Assembly (NCBI GenBank): GCA_030704615.1 | Contig: CM060731.1 | Location: 49,662,001-49,726,000 of the forward strand | DNA length: 64,000 bases | From: Takakia lepidozioides | Lineage: Eukaryota; Plantae; Bryophyta | Direction of reading: 5' to 3' | Made by a program: the position numbers and the translations under genes | The notes under the pieces: generated by a model | What the model was told of the DNA's origin: nothing | Seen by the model: only the letters and a program-made list of their open reading frames with translations | Database searches by the model: none | Shown: piece by piece, positions 12,858 to 25,401 of the stretch | Layout: each line of letters opens with the position of its first letter | How positions within the stretch are numbered: position 1 is the stretch's first letter

Positions 12858-13990
12858 AAAATGGGCTATCTTAAACAAGTGTATCGCATTTTCATATCCT
12901 GATGCAGTGGCCAAATATGGTAGGGCTCGTGGGCTCATATAACATGCTTGAACTCAATATTGAATGTGTAGAGTGTCACGGAAATGTAGTGGCTCAGACG
13001 CGTGAGACCAGAGCACTTATTGGTATATAAGTGAGGTCCTTAACTCAAATCCTTATGGAATATATATATCTTTTGCAACATAAATATCTTTCCTTCCCCT
13101 TTTCCTATGGCAAGTTTAGATGTGTCATTTTGGTTCTTTATTTGTTTCCTTTGGATCTCAAGTCCTAAGCTATTAAGATATTAATCAACCTAGTCTGCTC
13201 CTAGAATATAAAAGCTCTCGAAATTCAAAAAAATAAATTCCATCTTTATTACCCTATGAATTTTAAAATATAATTTCCCTATTTGAAGTCCCATGGAGAT
13301 ATGTTAATTTCTCTATTTATTCTGTTTGCTTGCAATTCCTGGGATATGAATTTCCCTCCTAACTTAATTCCTAGAACATAGATTCCCTCTTTATTTCCTC
13401 TAATATAATATCCCTCTTTCTTTCCCTATGCATTTTGGGATGTGATTTCCCCTGTTGAAGTCCCTACACTATATTTATTTCCCGGACTTTTTCCCTTTGC
13501 ATTCAAGTCACTTCCCTCCTTGAAATCCCTCTAATATAATTTCCCTCTTTCTTCCCTATGCATTTTAGGATGTGATTTCCCCTGTTGAAGTCCCTACACT
13601 ATATTTCTTTCCCGGACTTTTTCCCTTCGCATTCAAGTCACTTCCCTCCTTGAAATCCCTAGAATATAATTTCCCTCTTTCTTTCCCTATGCATTTTAAG
13701 ATAGAATCTCCCGGGTTGAAGTCCCTAGACTATTTATTTCCCTCCTTATTTCCCTTTGCATTCAAGTCCCTAGGATATAACTTCCCATTCTAGATCTATG
13801 CAATTCCATCTCCAAGGGAAATATCTCTTCATGGGAATGTATTAATTGTAATCCCTAGGTGACATTTTCCCTTCTAAGTAATAGGGAACAGTCCCAAATG
13901 CAATTTTCCCACATGTGAGTATGTCACCTAGGGACTTATAAGGGAAAAACAATACATTTCCCACTAGGGATTGAGTTATGAGCACCTTGT
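12858..13990. mobile_element. Unclassified 1.1-kb AT-rich insertion in Copia gag, with internal tandem repeats
   Basis: gag ...EQL|STAG... is interrupted and GTTA is duplicated (12854-12857, 13991-13994); ~130-bp direct repeats at 13400-13790; inverted pair TCCCTAGGTGACAT/ATGTCACCTAGGGA at ~13852-13934. Confidence 0.65.
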
Positions 13991-14989
13991 GTTATCAACG
14001 GCTGGTTCCCCTGTAGCAGATGAAGATGCAGTCTTATCTTTGATGAGAAGTATGCCCATGAGTTATAGAACATTCATAGGCTCTCTAAGACGTCAACCCA
14101 ACTTGACATTACAATCCCTAATCACTGACTTAATTCAGGAAGAGACCTTGATGAAGAGTCTAGGTCCCTCAACAGATTCTAGGTCAGTATTATATGCAGG
14201 AAAGAAGCCTACATATAATAACAAGAAGAAACCAATGGGTGGCCATAATTGGAAGGATAGTGAAGAAAACAAATCCTATACAATTAAGAAGGATGATGAT
14301 GGTTCATCTGGGTCAAATTCAAGCAAGAAGAAACTAAAGATTAAGTGTTTTTTTCTGCAATAAGTTGGCGCACATGATAAATAATTGTCGAAAGAGAATA
14401 GCAACCGAGGTTGCAAAGCAGGGGAGTGTAGCGGTGGTTGAGTGCAACCAGTGCAATCAATTATATGTGACGGCATTGATTTCAAGAAGAGGGAAATATC
14501 CAACTTGGTATATTATTGATACAGGTGCCACACAACATATAGCACATGATATATAATCATTTGTGTCTTATCAGACTTGGACGAGAGGTCAGGTGGTATA
14601 TCTGGGAGATGATACCACACATGATATAGCTAGACAAAGTGCAGTTAACATACTACTTGATAATGGTCAAGAAAAAGAAGTCTCTGACGTACTTCATGTT
14701 CCTTGTCTTATGAAAAATCTGTTTTCAGCAAAACAATTTGACAGGGCTGGTGGAGAAATGCCAGGGTTGCACACGTCATTGATGTGACGTCACGTCGGAC
14801 CTGACGCTGACGCGACCAACGTCACGTGAGTTTTGCCGAAAAATCAGTAAAACATGAGTTAGGTGAAAATATGTCACGTAGGTGGACTCGTTGTATTCTA
14901 AGCGACATCTTGGCAAGTGAATGAATTGTTTTATAAATTACTTCATCCGCCAATAGTTGAGGTCAATTTTAAATCATTATTGTTAAATT

Positions 14990-15720
14990 GGTGCGACCTC
15001 CAAATGGTGGTGGTCGCAGAATTTATCTTATTTTTTAATAGTTGCGACCACCAGCAGAGGGGTTGTCGCAACATTTTTTGTTTTTTAAAAATAGATGCGA
15101 CCACCAGCAGGGGTGGTCGCATTCTTTTCTTTTCTTAAACAGTTGCGACCACCGCTACTGGTGGTCGCACAATTTTTATTTTATTTGTAATAGGTGCGAC
15201 CACCATCAGGGGAGTGGTTGCAACATTTTTCTATTTTTTAATATCTGCGACCACCAGCATGGGGTGGTCGCAGCATTTTTCTGTTTTTTTAATAGGTGCG
15301 ACCACCAGCATGGGGTGGTCGCAGCATTTTTCTGTTTTTTTAATAGGTATGACCACCAACAGGGGGGTGGTCGCAAAATTTTTATTTATTTTTTGTTTTT
15401 AAAAAATATTCTTTGTGACCACGAGCATGGGGTGGTCGCAGCATTTTTCTTTTTTTTAATAGGTGCGACCACCAGCATGGGGGTGGTCGCAGAAATTTTC
15501 TATTTTGTTAATAGGTGCGACCACCAGCATGGGGGTGGTCGGAGGAATTTTCTGTTTTTTTAATAGGTGCGACCACCAGTAGGGGGGGTGGTCGCAGCAA
15601 TTTGTTTTTAAAAAAATAAAATAAAAATAATCTTTGTAACCACGAGCATGGGGGTGGTCGCAGCATTTTGTTTTTTTTTTAATAGGTGTGACCACCAGCA
15701 TGAGGGTAGTCGCAACAGTT
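14990..15720. repeat. Left subterminal array: ~14 hairpin units TGCGACCACC-N7/8-GGTGGTCGCA, ~51-bp period, T-rich linkers
   Basis: Directly visible repeats such as AATAGGTGCGACCACCAGCATGGGGTGGTCGCAG. Confidence 0.92.
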
Positions 15721-16437
15721 TTTTTTTAAAAATAACATGCGACTTCCTCGTGCGACTTGGAGCGGTCGTAGCATTGGATCTGATTCGTCGAGCGTGTGAG
15801 GCTTGGAGGCTGGAGGGTATATAAAGTAGTCCCAATGTCCCTCACTTCTATTGTGACAAACACTTTTGTAGCGAGTGAATGTTCTCTATTCCTTGAGCAA
15901 GAGTGTAAGCCCAAGAGGAGGGTGCGGACTGTTTGCTGTTGTGGCTTCCACCAGAGCTACTGCAGCAAATTGTCGAAAAGCACAATACTACATGGTGCAT
16001 TGATCCACTTGGATTGATGCCGTAGCGGGGAGAGAAAAGATGCACGTTATCAAGCAGGGTTGTTGACAAGTTTCATCGATAAAATTGAAGCTGATAAAAT
16101 TGTCCAAGTGTGCACGGACAATGCATCTAACATGGTTAATATGACCGATATTTTGATGGTATGATATCCCCGTCTATATTACCAAGGGTGTGCTGCTCAT
16201 ATCTTTGATCTCCTTTTGGAGGATTGGGAAAAGGAATCATGGATAAAACAACTACTAAAAATGGCAAAGTCGGTTGTGACGTTCATTCGTACACATCACA
16301 TCCCTCTGGCATTGTTTAAAAAGCATGAACCCAAATACAGCCTTAGGAACCCGGGTGAAACCCGCTTTGCCACAAACTTTTTTATGGTGGATCGACTGAT
16401 GACTGTGAAGGCGGGTCTGGAGCAGGTGATCATTGAC

Positions 16438-17163
16438 TGTCGCGGCCCTTTGCCTTGAGGGCAGGGGGTCGGGATACATGAGGGGCTGCCCCTGTGGTGG
16501 GGGCAGCGGCAGCGATAGGTATGGGGGGCTGAAGCACCCTTGAGTGCCCAAGGCACTCAGGGAAGCGGAGGCGCTCACTAGGTGGAGCCCCGCACACCGG
16601 GTTGCGGTGGGGGTGGCTCCACAAGGGGTGGTGGTAGCTTAGTGGGACTTAGTGGGGGTGGCATAGGACTCACCATGAGGGCGGAGACCTCGTGGTGGGA
16701 GTCGTGGGGAGTCTTGGGACTCATCACGGTCCATAGGGGCCGTGGTGAGCGGGCCAAAACTCACCGCGACTCACCACCGGGAATCGAGGGTCTTCGTGGT
16801 GGTTCGCCATAAAATGGCATGGCTAGTTGTGAAACCCCCGCGGACAGCTACAGAAGTATATATAGGGAGTAGTAACCCCGAGAACGGTGCAAGCCCGTTG
16901 GTGACCAAAAACTAGTGAGTAAGCGAGCGAGCCGGAAAGCGACCAAAGAGTGGGGAGCTGTTCCGGACTGCCATCTACCATAGGGAATTCCACTAGGCCC
17001 AAATAGGTGGAGGGTCTTTCGGGAGAGCGAAGGGGGACCATTATGTCCCGGTGAGCAGCCGAAGCTCCGAGTTGGCCCGACGGCCAGGTTGGGAGTCAGG
17101 CGCGCGCATCAAAGCGAGTAACTACGACTTGAAGGGGAGCTTACCGAAGTGAGGTGCGCAACA
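16438..17163 (+). repeat. Gypsy 5' LTR
   Basis: Near-identical to 22688-23413 (about 5 transitions counted by eye). Confidence 0.97.
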
Positions 17164-17165
17164 CT

Positions 17166-17177
17166 TGGTATCAGAGC
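17166..17177 (+). promoter_or_regulatory. Primer binding site (tRNA-iMet)
   Basis: TGGTATCAGAGC, 2 nt after the LTR. Confidence 0.92.
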
Positions 17178-17218
17178 TTAGAGTTCAGTACGCGATCGTC
17201 CTTGGGTTTGGCCTCATC

Positions 17219-20200
17219 ATGGGGTCGGGCAAGCCGAAGCGAAAGCGGAACGGCCCAAAAGATGATGATCCTGGTGAGCCCGATGGGGGCGACGTGTCAC
17301 CGAGGCGGCCGTTTGAGGAAGCGATGCATGTTTCCGAAAATGAGGCCGCCCAAGAGCGGGAGGAATCCGAGGAGTCGGAGCCCGAGGAATCCTTGAGAGC
17401 TCCGACAAACCAAGAGATGCCTCCCATGCCGGCAGCCTTTTGGGAAGGGTTGTTGGCGCAGTTTGGCAGGACGTTGAAAGACGTGTTGAAGGCGGCTAAT
17501 GCCACTTCCACTAAGGCAAAGTTTAAGGTGAAGCCTAAGGAACCCGGCACCTTCGAGGGCGTCCGAAATCGGAAGGCACTCAACACCTGGCTCTTGGAGC
17601 TAGAGCAGTACTTCCGGGCGGCCAAGTTGAGTGACGAGGATCAGGTGGAAGTGGCTCCCACCTATTTGAGGGGCTATGCTCAACAATGGTGGCAGAAACG
17701 CCTTCACGACCGAGGTCCAAGCCCGGAAACCTTGAACTGGAGTGGGTTCAAGGAATTGATGAAGAGACAGTTTGTGCCCCTCAACGCGTCCTGGCTCGCC
17801 CGGGACAAGATGAGGAATTTGAAACAAACAGATGACATTCGGGGATATGTCCAGGCTTTCAATGTGCTGTTGCTCGAAGTCGCGGACATGGCAGAACCAG
17901 AAATGGTCTTCAACTTTGTGGCGGGACTGGCCCCATGGGCCAGGCGGAAGTTGGAGGAGAAGCCGCCCAAGACTTTGAACGAGGCTATTGAGAGGGCTGA
18001 ATGTTTCTCAGATGTCCCTAGGGGTGAAAGACAAGGCCGTACGGAGCTGAACCACAAGAAGATTCGGCGGGAAGGTGACTCATTCCGACCGGAAAAGAAG
18101 TGGGATAGGCCACGCGGCGAAAATGGCACGTGGAAATCGAAGGGAGGGCCTTCACACGTCAAGGCGGCACCCGGTGCTTCGAAAGGAAAAGCGGGTGGAA
18201 CGGCTTATGGCGGATAGAGGGCGACATTTGATGGAGTGTGTTTCAATTGCGGGGAGCCTGGGCACATGGCCAAGAAGTGCACGAAGCCCCGGCAATTGAA
18301 CATGACTCGGGCGACCACGGAGCTGTCGGAAGATACCATCAGTCGCCTGGTGGAAGCGGTGGTCGCCAGGACTTGCAAGGTAGGAAAATTTTCTTGTGAG
18401 TTGTATCAGGAAACTGGCGCCTTACGAAAAGGGAGTCAGTTATTGTTCGTGGATGGGATAATATCCGGAACTAATGTGTCGTTGTTGGTGGACACAGGAG
18501 CGTCGCACTCCTTCATGACACCGGCAACGGCACAAAAGCTGGGACTCCCGACAAGTGACGTGGGGGCCTCTATTGAGGTGCATTCTGCCAAAGGAGAACC
18601 ACAGTTGGCGACAAGGTTGGCGATTGATGTCCCCCTTCAACTGGGGAGTTGGGAGGGACGTGAGAACTTCACCATCTGCGAGATCGATGGAGTGGATCTC
18701 ATTTTGGGGATGACCTTTTTGAGCAAATCCGGAGCGGTCATAGATGGCCGCAAGAGAGTAGTCACGCTGCCATGTGGGAATGGTGGCGAGGTTTTACGAG
18801 TGTCAGAAACGCCCAAATCCGTGGGAGGGCGAATAAACCTTCTGTCAGCAAAGGAGTGGGCCGTGGAGGAGGCACACGAGCCCCAGTTTTTGCTTTACAT
18901 TAGAGAAGTGAAAGGGTAAGGCGATGGAGAGCCGAGCCCAGATTGGATCAATGGGATTTTGGAGAAATACCAGGATGTGATGCCGGAGGATTTACCAAGC
19001 GGCTTGCCACCGCGAAGAGGAGTAGACCACAAGATTGAGGTGATACCGGGATCGGAACCGCCTGCCAAGGCGCCCTATCGGTTGAGCCACAGAGAGTTGG
19101 TCGAACTGAAGACTCAGCTCAAGGATCTAATGTCAAAGGGGTACATCCGGCCGAGTAAGTCACCTTACGGAGCCCCGGTGCTATTTGCAGACAAGAAGGA
19201 TGGGACGCTGCGGATGTGTGTCGATTACAGGGCTCTGAATAAGGTGACTATCAAAAACCGGTACCCTTTGCCAAGGATCGACGACCTCTTCGATCGGTTG
19301 ACAGGAGCGAAGTATTTCAGCCGGATCGACTTGCGCTCCGGCTATCACCAAATTCGGGTGGCGGAAGGAGATGAGGAGAAGACCGCGTGCAGGACAAGGT
19401 ATGGTTCATATGAGTTCTTGGTGATGCCTTTTGGGCTCACCAATGCACCAGCGACATTTAGCACGCTGATGAACAGCCTTTTCCAGGAGTGGTTGAATGA
19501 CTTTGTGATCGTGTACATCGACGACATCTTGGTGTACTCGAAAACAAAGGAGGAGCACCTGGAGCACCTCAAAAGGGTGTTCCAAAAATTGCGGGAAGGG
19601 AAGCTGTATGCCAAAGCTTCAAAGTGCGAATTCGGGGTCATAAAAGTGGAGTTCCTGGGGCATGTGATTACACAGGATGGGATCAAAATGGATGACAGAA
19701 AGGTGAGGGCGATCTTGGACTGGGAGCCTCCGACTTCGGTCCCGGGAGTGCGATCCTTCCTAGGACTCGCCTCCTATTACCGGAAGTATGTGAGAAATTT
19801 CGCCAAGATCGCGGGGCCGCTATCGGACCTTCTGTGTAAATCCAAAGTCTGGGTATGGAACACATTTTGTGGCCAAGCTTTTGCTGAATTGAAGCAGCGG
19901 ATGACGGAAGCTCCAGTCTTGAAAATCCCGGAGTTCGATCGTCCGTTTGAGATTCATACAGATGCATCGGACTTCGCGATTGGGGGTGTACTTATGCAAG
20001 ATGGACGTCCAGTGGCTTACGAAAGTAAGAAACTGAATGAAGTGGAGCGACGGTGGCCGATGCACGAAAAAGAGATGAAGGCGGTGGTGCATTGCCTTGA
20101 GCTCTGGCGCCACTATGTTGGTTCCAACCCAGTGAAGGTGTTCACGGACAATGTCACGGTGAAGTATTTTGCCACGCAGCCCAAGTTGTCCCCAAAACAA

Positions 20201-21781
20201 CTTAGGTGGCAAGATACTTTGGCAGTGTTCAACGTGGATATCCAGTACAAACCGGGACGGGACAATGTGGTGGCCGATGCTTTAAGTAGAAAGCAGCAGC
20301 TCTTGTTGGTGTACAAGGGCGAGACGGCGCTCCAAAGGAAGATTCGGAAGGCTGGCCGGAAGGATGAGCTGGCAAAGTCCGTGATGCAGGACTTGAGAAT
20401 GGGGGTTAAATCGCAGTTCCACTTGCAAAATGGACTGCTCCGGTATAAGCAAAAACGTCTCTACGTGCCGAAGGGAGGGATCAGAGATAGCCTCTTGAGA
20501 GAATGCCATGATAGCCCGCTTGCAGGCCACGGCGGAGCCAAGCGCACTGCGGCACTCTTGAAGAAAGAGTATTTCTGGTCCAAACTGAGGGAGGAGGCAG
20601 AGGAGTATGTCAAGACATGCACCACATGCCAACAAAACCGGAGCGAGTACAAAAAGCAAGCGGGGCTGTTACAACCCTTGCCGATTCCAGATGGGACTTG
20701 GGAAAGCGTCTCGATGGATTTCATGACTGCTATGCCGCTGTCAAAAGGATTCGATGCAATCATGGTGGTGGTGGATAGGTTCAGTAAAATGGGCCATTTC
20801 ATCCCCACCAAGGAGACGGCAACGGCGCAGGAGACAGGGCGACTTTACTTCGCCCACGTCTTAAAACATCATGGAGTCCCGAAGGATATTGTCTCAGATC
20901 GCGATCCAAAGTTTATGAGTAAATTTTGGAGGACACTTTGGAAGAAGATGGGGACAAGGCTGAAGATGAGCACCGCCTTCCGACCTACGACGGACGGCCA
21001 AACGGAAAGAGTGAATTCCGTAGTGAAGCAATTCTTGTGGAATTACGTGTCAGCAGACCAATCAGACTGGATGGAACACTTAGACGCGGCAGAGTTCTGT
21101 TATAATAACACAGAACACTCCGCAACGGGAGTTTCCCCTTTCGTATTGGTCTATGGAAAAGCACCTCTGGTGCCGATAAGTTGGGCCGCCCAGGACGTTG
21201 AGGAACCGGCAGTAGCGGCGGTACTGGAAGAACGCGAGCGGTTGTTGAAGCTCGCAAAGTACAACATTGCCAAAGCTAGGAAACGGTATAAAAGGCAGGC
21301 AAATCGGAAGCGGAGGGAAGTGAAGTTTGAGGCAGGCACAGAGGTCTGGTTGAACATCAAGAATTTCCGACTACCTCCGGAAGTGAGTCCGAAGTTCGTA
21401 CCTCCGTATGCGGGAACCTTTCGCATTCAGAAGGTTATGAATGAGGATGTGTATGAATTGGAGCTGCCGGCAAACAGCAAGGTGCACCCAGTATTCCATG
21501 TCTCTCTTTTGAAGCCTTACTTCAAAGATGAAGCGCGTCCAAATCGGCACCAAGTGTTGCGTCCGCCACCTATGCTGTTGGATCATGAAAATGAACCTGA
21601 GTACGAGGTGGAGGCAATACTTAAGTCGAGGAGGTTCAGGAACCGAGAAACGGAATATCTCGTCAAATGGAAGGGCTATCATCATGTGGAGGCATCTTGG
21701 GTGCGTGCCTCAGAAATGGGAAACGCATCCGAGGCGGTTGCAGCTTTCGAAGGGCGACCTCAAAAGCGGAAGAAGCGTTGA
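17219..21781 (+). pseudogene. Single-frame Gypsy gag-pol with two premature stops (TAG 18215-18217, TAA 18917-18919)
   Basis: All three ORFs share one frame; CFNCGEPGHMAKKC, LVDTGAS, YIDDIL, TDASD, HHCC and DDE integrase, GPF-like PYAGTF, chromodomain EYEVEAIL...YLVKWKGY. Confidence 0.93.
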
Positions 21782-22687
21782 TGAGGACATCAACCTTGGA
21801 GCATGGGGGAGGAAATGCATGCTTAGCCCGGCTTAGCTAGCTTAGGAATCCGATTACAAAAACTTGTATTGTACAAAAATTTGTTATAAAGGAAATGGGT
21901 TCCAAATGTGGTGCGTCCTATTTTGTTTGGAATGTTGATGCATGGTATGGTTGGCTAGTGTGTAGAATGCATGCTAGCTTATAAAAGTGGGAGAGGAAAA
22001 TTGGGTTAATCGTGTGTTTGCGTAGTGCCGAAATCGGGTGACCCCCATCCAAGGGGCAAGGAAACTTGCGACTTCTTTGGGAGTTCACGTGCTAGTGCGC
22101 ATCTGGTGCGTGCGCGTACTATAACTGCGCTACCGAGGGGGTTGCCTTGTAGTGCGGGCTAACGCGGAGGCTACGTGCTTCCGTTCACGTACTATAATCG
22201 TGTAGCCTCGGGACGAAGTCGTAGTGCGGCTTCGGCGTGTTCCCGTACCTCAGGCCAGCATTCCAAGGCGGACCCAATTGTAGTGATTGGGGCGCACGGT
22301 TGGTTCAAGGTTATCTTCCTAGTCAAAGAGGGTTCCAGGTGAACCCTTGCTCAAGGTGATGCCAAAAGCGGCATCATGAGCGATCGCAAGCAATGTTGTT
22401 GCAGTAAGGCGATTCGATCCTCGGGGAGGATCGTTCCTTGGCCTTGAAGTAGGCCAAGAAGAGTGCACTGGGAGGAGCTGGAGAGGCTCCACCCTTGGCC
22501 GGGACTTGGAGGAAGTCGGCCGAACTAGCTAGTGGAGAGTAGAGTCAAGTGTGGGGTTTGGTTCTTTGCCATGGGACGCCATGGTACAGAAACAAACTCC
22601 TTGATGTGGGACGCCACAACTTGGATGTTTGTTTCTATAAAATGGACAAGTCGATGAGGACATCGACTCCCTGTTGGTAGGGGTGTG

Positions 22688-23413
22688 TGTTGCGGCCCTT
22701 TGCCTTGAGGGCAGGGGGTCGGGACACATGAGGGGCTGCCCTTGTGGTGGGGGCAGCGGCAGCGATAGGTATGGGGGGCTGAAGCACCCTTGAGTGCCCA
22801 AGGCACTCAGGGAAGCGGAGGCGCTCACTAGGTGGAGCCCCGCACACCGGGTTGCGGTGGGGGTGGCTCCACAAGGGGTGGTGGTAGCTTAGTGGGACTT
22901 AGTGGGGGTGGCATAGGACTCACCATGAGGGCGGAGACCTCGTGGTGGGAGTCGTGGGGAGTCTTGGGACTCATCACGGTCCATAGGGGCCGTGGTGAGC
23001 GGGCCAAAACTCACCGCGACTCACCACCGGGAATCGAGGGTCTTCGTGGTGGTTCGCCATAAAATGGCATGGCTAGTTGTGAAACCCCCGCGGACAGCTA
23101 CAGAAGTATATATAGGGAGTAGTAACCCCGAGAACGGTGCAAGCCCGTTGGTGACCAAAAACTAGTGAGTAAGCGAGCGAGCCGGAAAGCGACCAAAGAG
23201 TGGGGAGCTGTTCCGGACTGCCATCTACCATAGGGAATTCCACTAGGCCCAAATAGGTGGAGGGTCTTTCGGGAGAGCGAAGGGGGACCGTTATGTCCCG
23301 GTGAGCAGCCGAAGCTCCGAGTTGGCCCGACGGCCAGGTTGGGAGTCAGGCGCGCGCATCAAAGCGAGTAACTACGACTTGAAGGGGAGCTTACCGAAGT
23401 GAGGTGCGCGACA
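22688..23413 (+). repeat. Gypsy 3' LTR
   Basis: Direct repeat of 16438-17163. Confidence 0.97.
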
Positions 23414-23664
23414 TTGACCCTCAATGGGATGCATATGTGGGCACCTTACGCGACTCTCGTAAGTCCAAGTCTTTGAGCAAAAATCGGAAGGTCTGCGCAA
23501 TCATTCGCTCCGATGATTTCTGAACGAAATGTGCAAATTTTGTGTACATGGTGGAGCCGGTGTTGATTGCTTTGCAGGAGTTTGATGGAAAACAACTAAT
23601 AATGGATAAAACATGGTTGATATTGGAAAACCTTGAGAAGCACGTGCAATCGTTGAGGCGTCCT

Positions 23665-23960
23665 CCATTTGAGGGGTTGAAACTGCCATTCCAGGGGCTT
23701 CAATTGCAATTTCAGGGGCTGCACTAGCAATTGCCATTTCACAGGCTACAGTTGCAATTTGAGGGGCTGGAATTAAATTCCAGGGGCTTCAATTGCAATT
23801 TGAGGGGTTGGAATTGACAATTTCAAGGGCTCAAATTACAATTTGAGGGGCGGCCGGGGTTGGTCATTTTAGGGATTGACATTACCAATTTTAAGGGCTT
23901 GAATTGCATTTTGAATTGTAATTCAAGGGTTACAATGGGCCATTAGGGGGCTAGAATTAC
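23665..23960. repeat. Degenerate short repeats (TTGCAATTTGAGGGGCT-like)
   Basis: Repeated GCAATT/AGGGGCT motifs immediately after the transposase truncation. Confidence 0.7.
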
Positions 23961-23975
23961 CAAAGCAATGACATC

Positions 23976-25235
23976 CAAAGCAATATAAAATTATTTGATA
24001 GCAGAATGATTGGTTCACCCTTTCAACCATTTTGTATTCACGTCATACTTGTCCGGTACTTGTAGGAGGGCATGTGGCTGACACTTGCAAAGCTTCAAAG
24101 CAATGTAAAATCATTTGATAGTGGAACAATGGGTTCACCCTTTCAACCATATTTTACTGACCTCATCCTTGTCCGGTACCTTTAAAATGGCATGTGAAAG
24201 ACACTTGCAAAGCTTTAAAGCACTCCAAAATCATTTGACATGTTCATGATTGATTCACCCTTTCAACCATTTTAGATTGATTTGAAACTTGTGAAAGATC
24301 TGTAAGAGGGCATGTACAAGACACTTGCAAAGTTTCAAATCAATTTAAAATCATTTGGTACGGGGACGATTGGTTCATCTTTTAAACCATTTTAGATTGA
24401 TGTCATACTTCTCAAAGACGTATAAGAGGGCATGTAGAAGACACTTGCAAAGTTTCGGAGCAATAAAATATCATTTCATCGGGGAAGTTTCCGTTCACCC
24501 TTTCATCCAATTTTGAATTGAACTGGATTTTTACTAAATAAAATGATTTAGAGGGCATAGGATTGTGGGGCGCAATGAGTGTGGGGCGCAATGATTTTAT
24601 TTTTGGCTTGATTTTGTTCTGTGAGTTGAACCCTCACACCACCACATCCTTGCCAAAAAATGCACTAAAGAAAAATGTTGGGAAAAAAACGTTCATCCTT
24701 TGCTCTATGCTCACTATTGTAGAACTCTCTATGAAGAGTGCATGAAGTTGAAGATAACTTCACCTTGGAGTGCAAATGAGGGAATAAAATGTGTTTTGGA
24801 TGCAGATGATGTCTGTTCATGGTGATATTTTGCATGCAACTCTTCATGTTGTTATCAAGCATATGGCTTCAGAATGGAATTAAAAACAATTCATGTGCAG
24901 ACGAAAGATTATTTCTCCTTATAAATTTGAATAACCGATTCAAACAACTTTGTTGAAGTTCAACTTTGGTCCATATGTGCTTAAGTACGTACAAATCACG
25001 TACACAAAGTTGCAAGCGAAGAAATAATCATTTGCCCCCCGAACGACTCGTTAAACCTTTCAACCAATTTTCAATCATGAATCATTTAATATGGGAACTA
25101 TTGGTTTACCCTTACAACCATTTTAGATTGACCGCATACTTGTCCGGTAACTTAAAGAGGACATGTACAACACACTCCCAAAGTTTCAAATCAATCTAAA
25201 ATCATTTGGCAGGGGAACGATTGGTTCACCCATTG
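23976..25235. repeat. 120-bp tandem repeat (about 4.5 copies at 23976-24520, about 2 more at 25040-25235)
   Basis: Units AAATCATTTG...GGTTCACCCTTTCAACCATTTT...GAGGGCATGT...ACACTTGCAAAG recurring at 120-bp steps. Confidence 0.85.
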
Positions 25236-25401
25236 ACCCGATGTACACTGTCACTCTTCAAGATTCGTGGGTGTGGTGCTTGATTATCCCATATGATGGA
25301 CCCAGGTGCCATGGCCAAGTAACAAACCATTAAAACATTATGGTACGAGACAAACACAATTGAAAACAACATTCATTCAAATATGATGTACAGTCAGAGG
25401 T

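Larger units (their letters stand above)
16438..23413 (+). mobile_element. Full-length Ty3/Gypsy chromovirus
   Basis: 726-bp LTRs (TG...CA), TSD TTGAC (16433-16437, 23414-23418), PBS TGGTATCAGAGC, gag-PR-RT-RH-IN-chromodomain order. Confidence 0.97.
16040..23670 (+). pseudogene. hAT transposase fragment (DUF659-type): 16040-16437 and 23419-23670, split by Gypsy
   Basis: IVQVCTDNASNM...GCAAHIFDLLLED...PGETRFATNF, then FVYMVEPVLIALQEFDG; internal stops; N- and C-termini missing. Confidence 0.85.

Noticed and set aside
14990-15720. CRISPR-like array or Cys/His repeat protein (RCDHQHG)
   Set aside because: The linkers are poly-T and the array is mirrored at 27290-27690, so it is a transposon subterminal repeat.
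16255-17041. Short ORFs in the LTRs (duplicated at 22525-23062)
   Set aside because: GC-rich LTR sequence with no domains.
18200-18960. Programmed gag/pol frameshift
   Set aside because: All three ORFs are in the same frame; the breaks are in-frame stops, one of them upstream of the gag knuckle.
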